Source: Anthoceros angustus
Taxonomy: Eukaryota > Plantae > Anthocerotophyta
Assembly: GCA_010909165.1 (NCBI GenBank)
Contig: VJWM01000135.1
Span: 434,001 to 498,000, forward strand
Direction of reading: 5' to 3'
DNA length: 64,000 bases
A program made the position numbers and the translations under genes. This document shows positions 60,391-64,000 of the stretch, one piece after another (position 1 is the first letter of the stretch; every line of letters begins with the position of its first letter). The notes under the pieces are model-generated. The model made no database searches. It was given only the letters and a program-made list of their open reading frames with translations, and was not told the origin of the DNA.

Positions 60391-61639
60391 GGCAGCATCC
60401 GAGCTGCGCCACGAATGTGGTATGTACTTTAGCAGCAACAATTGTTGGAACCCTCAAGACAAGTTCTTGATATTTGTGCATACATAATTTCATATGCTGG
60501 CTGCAGGGACCTATGGAATACCGATCTCGTCACACGGGAGTGTGTGTGTGACTTTCTTTTTTTTCGGTGTACGCTACGAGGATATGCCACGGAATCTTTT
60601 CGATACTTACGTATAATACACGTATAATACGTGCCACATCAACTTCACGGGGTTCGTGGGAAAAACATTCTATCACACGTTCCTCGGCTGGTGTTGATGG
60701 TGTCACATGTCTTTTTGATGGCGGTGTTAGGGTTTTCATCGGGTCTACACACAAACATGGCGGGCAACACATACACACGGAACTTTTGTTCGCGGTATGG
60801 CCGCGTTCGCGCACCGCAAATCCTCCGCTTACACATCGCTTTCACTATATATGCGGGAAGGGCGGGATGTGGGGCGATCCCTACGTTGGTGTGCTTGCCT
60901 ACTAACATGCTTGTGTTGTGCTTGCGATTGGATGTATGGGGCGACTTGAGACGAAGATGATCGTAACTTCACCTTTCAAACCGAACACGGGAAGGAAACC
61001 ATTGCAATGCGAGCATTACGAGATCGAACATGCTTCACACTATCCCCTCCTCAACCTCATCAAGCAGGCAATGTCACTGCGTCCTACAAATCCACTTCCA
61101 GTCCTACGGACACTGCCGGGCGCATGTTGCCGTTCAACCAAAAACATCCGAACATAATCTGCGCTCACACCTCATGGTGGGGCGCTCCTAAAAAAAAAAC
61201 ACCTCCCTCGCCCCCGCGTCGATCGCGGAAGAGCCTCGAGCGGGCCCTCCATCCTCTTGTGCTCGAACTTGGCTCCTCCTCACAGACTTCCGTTCGCCCC
61301 TGTCTTTTCTTGTGGAGGGCGAAGTCCCTCACACCGGACATGGGAGGTGCACCGATTGTGCCATGGCGGGCAGTGCACCACTGTCCCTGTGAGGTTGGGG
61401 GGGGAGGCAGGTTCATCCCCGGCACCAATGGGAAGGGGACCCGAGCTGGAAGGCGTGGCGGGGGCGATTCTTGGGAGGTGGCATCCACCACCAGCAACCG
61501 CACTTGCACATTGGCCCGATGGCATGGAGGATGCGGCCATTCTTTGCGTTCATGTATTCCATGAGCGACCCGGCATTCCCGCTGCGTTGTCGGCCGGTCG
61601 TGAGTCCATCCATCACTCCCTCCATGTCGGTGCGGTGGA

Positions 61640-63570
61640 CCCTCGGGTTGCGCACCTTCTCCACCACTTCAAGAAGGAGGCGATGGCGCCCGTCATGGCG
61701 GCGTCGATTACCGCATTGGACTTGGCCGTTGCTACCATACTCGAGCTCCATTGGGTGGATGCCCCACCTTGCGGCCTTGGGCGGTGGCCCCTCCCAGTGC
61801 TGGCCCCATTCACGCCTCTCGGCAGGGGTTCGCCCTCGGCACTCTCGCCTTGCATCTTGGCCCAGGCGCCCGCCCGCTAGGTCTGCCGCCCCATGGTGCA
61901 CCCTCTTCCTCTTCCGGGTGCCGCCGGCGCCTCGAGCTCAGCGATGAGCTCGGCCAGCTCTTCTCTCGGCCTTGCCTCCTCGCTCATGCCCGCGCCCGGT
62001 CTCGTTCGATCTTGGCGCTCCCGCGTCCAGTATAGCGGATGCGAGCGAAGTTCCGTTTAAATCGTAGATGACCACAGGGCTGGTCTCGTCCACTCCGTCC
62101 ACACGCAAACCCAACTCGCGGACATATGAGTACCGGGCATGGCAAAGTTCACCACTTGCAACCGGCATTACGAGGCATGACAATGACCCGAACCACCGGC
62201 ATTGTCAAACACATTGCGATCCGCGGATTGTGCGTGTTCACTTACCATCGAGTCTTCCGATTGTTGTCGGTGGCGCGCTCCCTCGCCCCGTTCGCAACCC
62301 ATCCGTCTCGCCGTGTCGTCGGCGTGGCGCCTCCTCTCCCTCCTCGGTTTCGTTCTCCTCCACTCTCACGGGCGCCCCCGGCTCCTTCCCGGCGGAGCCG
62401 CTTGCCCCACCATCCTCATACGCCTCGTCCCCACCTCCTCCGCCCCCACCTCCTCCGCCCCAGGCACGTCACGAGAAGGAGGCGCAAGGGATGCTGGTCC
62501 TCCGTCACGGCATGCGCCTCTGTTTGCACCCTCGCCTTGGCGCAACCACATGGGTTGCGATCCTTGGCCGCCTTGCGGCCGTTGGTGGGGCAAGGCGAGT
62601 CCTGCGGCGGCTCGAGCTGCGACCCTCGGGTTGCGCACCTTCTCCACCACTTCAAGAAGGAGGCGATGGCGCCCGTCATGGCGGCGTCGATTACCGCATT
62701 GGACTTGGGTTGCTACCATACTCGGAGCTCCATTGGGTGGATGCCCTGATTTGCGGCCTTGGGCGGTGGCCCCTCCCAGTGCTGGCCCCATTCACGCCTC
62801 TCGGCGAAGCAGGGTTCGCCCCTCGGCACTCTCGCCTTGCATCTTGGCCTTCGCCCACGCCCGCCCGCTAGGTCTGCCGCCCCTGTTGGCTGCACCCTCT
62901 TCCTCTTCGGGTGCCCGGCGCCTCGAGCTCAGCGATGAGCTCGGCCAGCTCTTCTTGCCTCCTCCGCTCGACCCGCGCCCGGTCTCGTTCGATCTTGGCG
63001 GCGCTCCGTCGTTAGCGGATGCGAGCGAAGTTCCGTTTCGTAGATGACCTGTAGAGCTGGTCTCGTCCACTCCGTCCACACCGCAAACCCAACTCGCGGA
63101 CATATGAGTACGGGCATGGCAAAGTTCACCACTTGCAACCGCATTACGAGGCATGACAATGAGCCCGAACCCACCGGCATTGTCAAACACATTGCGATCC
63201 GGCCATTGTGCGTGTCACCCGAGTCTTCCGATTGTTGTCCGCACGCTCCCTCGCCCCGTTCGCAACCCATCCACGTCTCCGTCTGTGGCGCCTCCTCTCC
63301 CTCCTCGGTTTCGTTCTCCTCCTCTCCCGGCGCCCCCGGGCTCCTTCCCGGCACAGGCGCTTGCCCCACCATCCTCACGCCTCCGTCCCCACCTCCTCCG
63401 CCCGCCCCAGGCACGTCCACGAAGGCGCAAGGGATGCTGGTCCTCCGTCACGGCATGCGCCTGTGTTGCACCCTCCGCCTTGGCGCAACCACATGGGTTG
63501 CGATCCTTGGCCGCCTTGCGGCCGTTGGTGGGGCAAAGGCGAGTCGGCTGCGAGCGGCTCGAAAAGCCGC
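61640..63570. repeat. GC-rich ~980 bp tandem array (two full units; flanks diverge)
   Basis: accctcgggttgcgcaccttctccaccacttcaagaagg at ~61640 and ~62622; gcggatgcgagcgaagttccgttt at ~62035 and ~63015; cgctccctcgccccgttcgcaacccatcc at ~62275 and ~63244. Confidence 0.85.
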
Positions 63571-64000
63571 TGACCCTCGGCGCATGCGGCCGAGCCATCC
63601 CCACCTGCTGCAACCATTGGCGTGCATGCGGCCGAGCCACCCTCACTGCGGCCATTGGTGGCTGCGGTCGGCCGATCCACCCCTTCCCCTACGGTGGCGG
63701 CTGCACGCTGCCGGCCGTCATCCTCCACTGCGGCCCTGCGGGCGCATGCGGCAACCCGGCCTGGCTGCGGCCTCGGTGTCGCCTTCAAGCCCCTCATCTG
63801 CGGTCCGGGACTTCGCAGCATGCAATCGCCCCTCACGCCCTCCGGGTTTGGGCGGGCAGCGCCATCCGCTGCCGGACCCTTTGTGGGGCTGCAAGCGAGA
63901 CCTCCGGCCACGGCGCTTGTTGGGCGCCCCAGGTGGCACGCCACAGGCTGCGGAGGGCTCCACCAAAGCGGCATCGGGATGCCCGCCTCACCGGCATCGC

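Overview
Eukaryotic land-plant genomic DNA. Genes are compact with 80-150 bp GT-AG introns, and the set (LRR receptor-like protein, dirigent, GIF, XS-domain gene, ACAD8) suggests a bryophyte such as a hornwort; this assignment is inference. Positions 1-32.5 kb are a nested transposon graveyard: two Ty3/gypsy families in head-to-tail chains sharing LTRs, a degenerate copia, a near-intact copia with ~130 bp LTRs, a CACTA-like element with CCCTA termini, and two members of a DNA-transposon family with AACA...TGTT termini and 4-bp TSDs. Positions 34.7-60.4 kb are gene-rich: a secreted 8-Cys protein, LRR-RLP remnants plus an intact LRR-RLP, an XS-domain/coiled-coil/PWWP fusion gene, GIF, peroxisomal enoyl-CoA isomerase, RPL3, a dirigent protein, a tRNA-Ile pseudogene and an isobutyryl-CoA dehydrogenase (ACAD8-like). 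The window ends in a GC-rich ~980 bp tandem array. The top finding is the IDN2/FDM-type XS domain spliced in frame to a C-terminal PWWP domain where IDN2/FDM proteins have XH. Many short indels and local duplications suggest a noisy long-read assembly, so individual frameshifts should be treated with caution. All homology calls are by eye; no searches were run.
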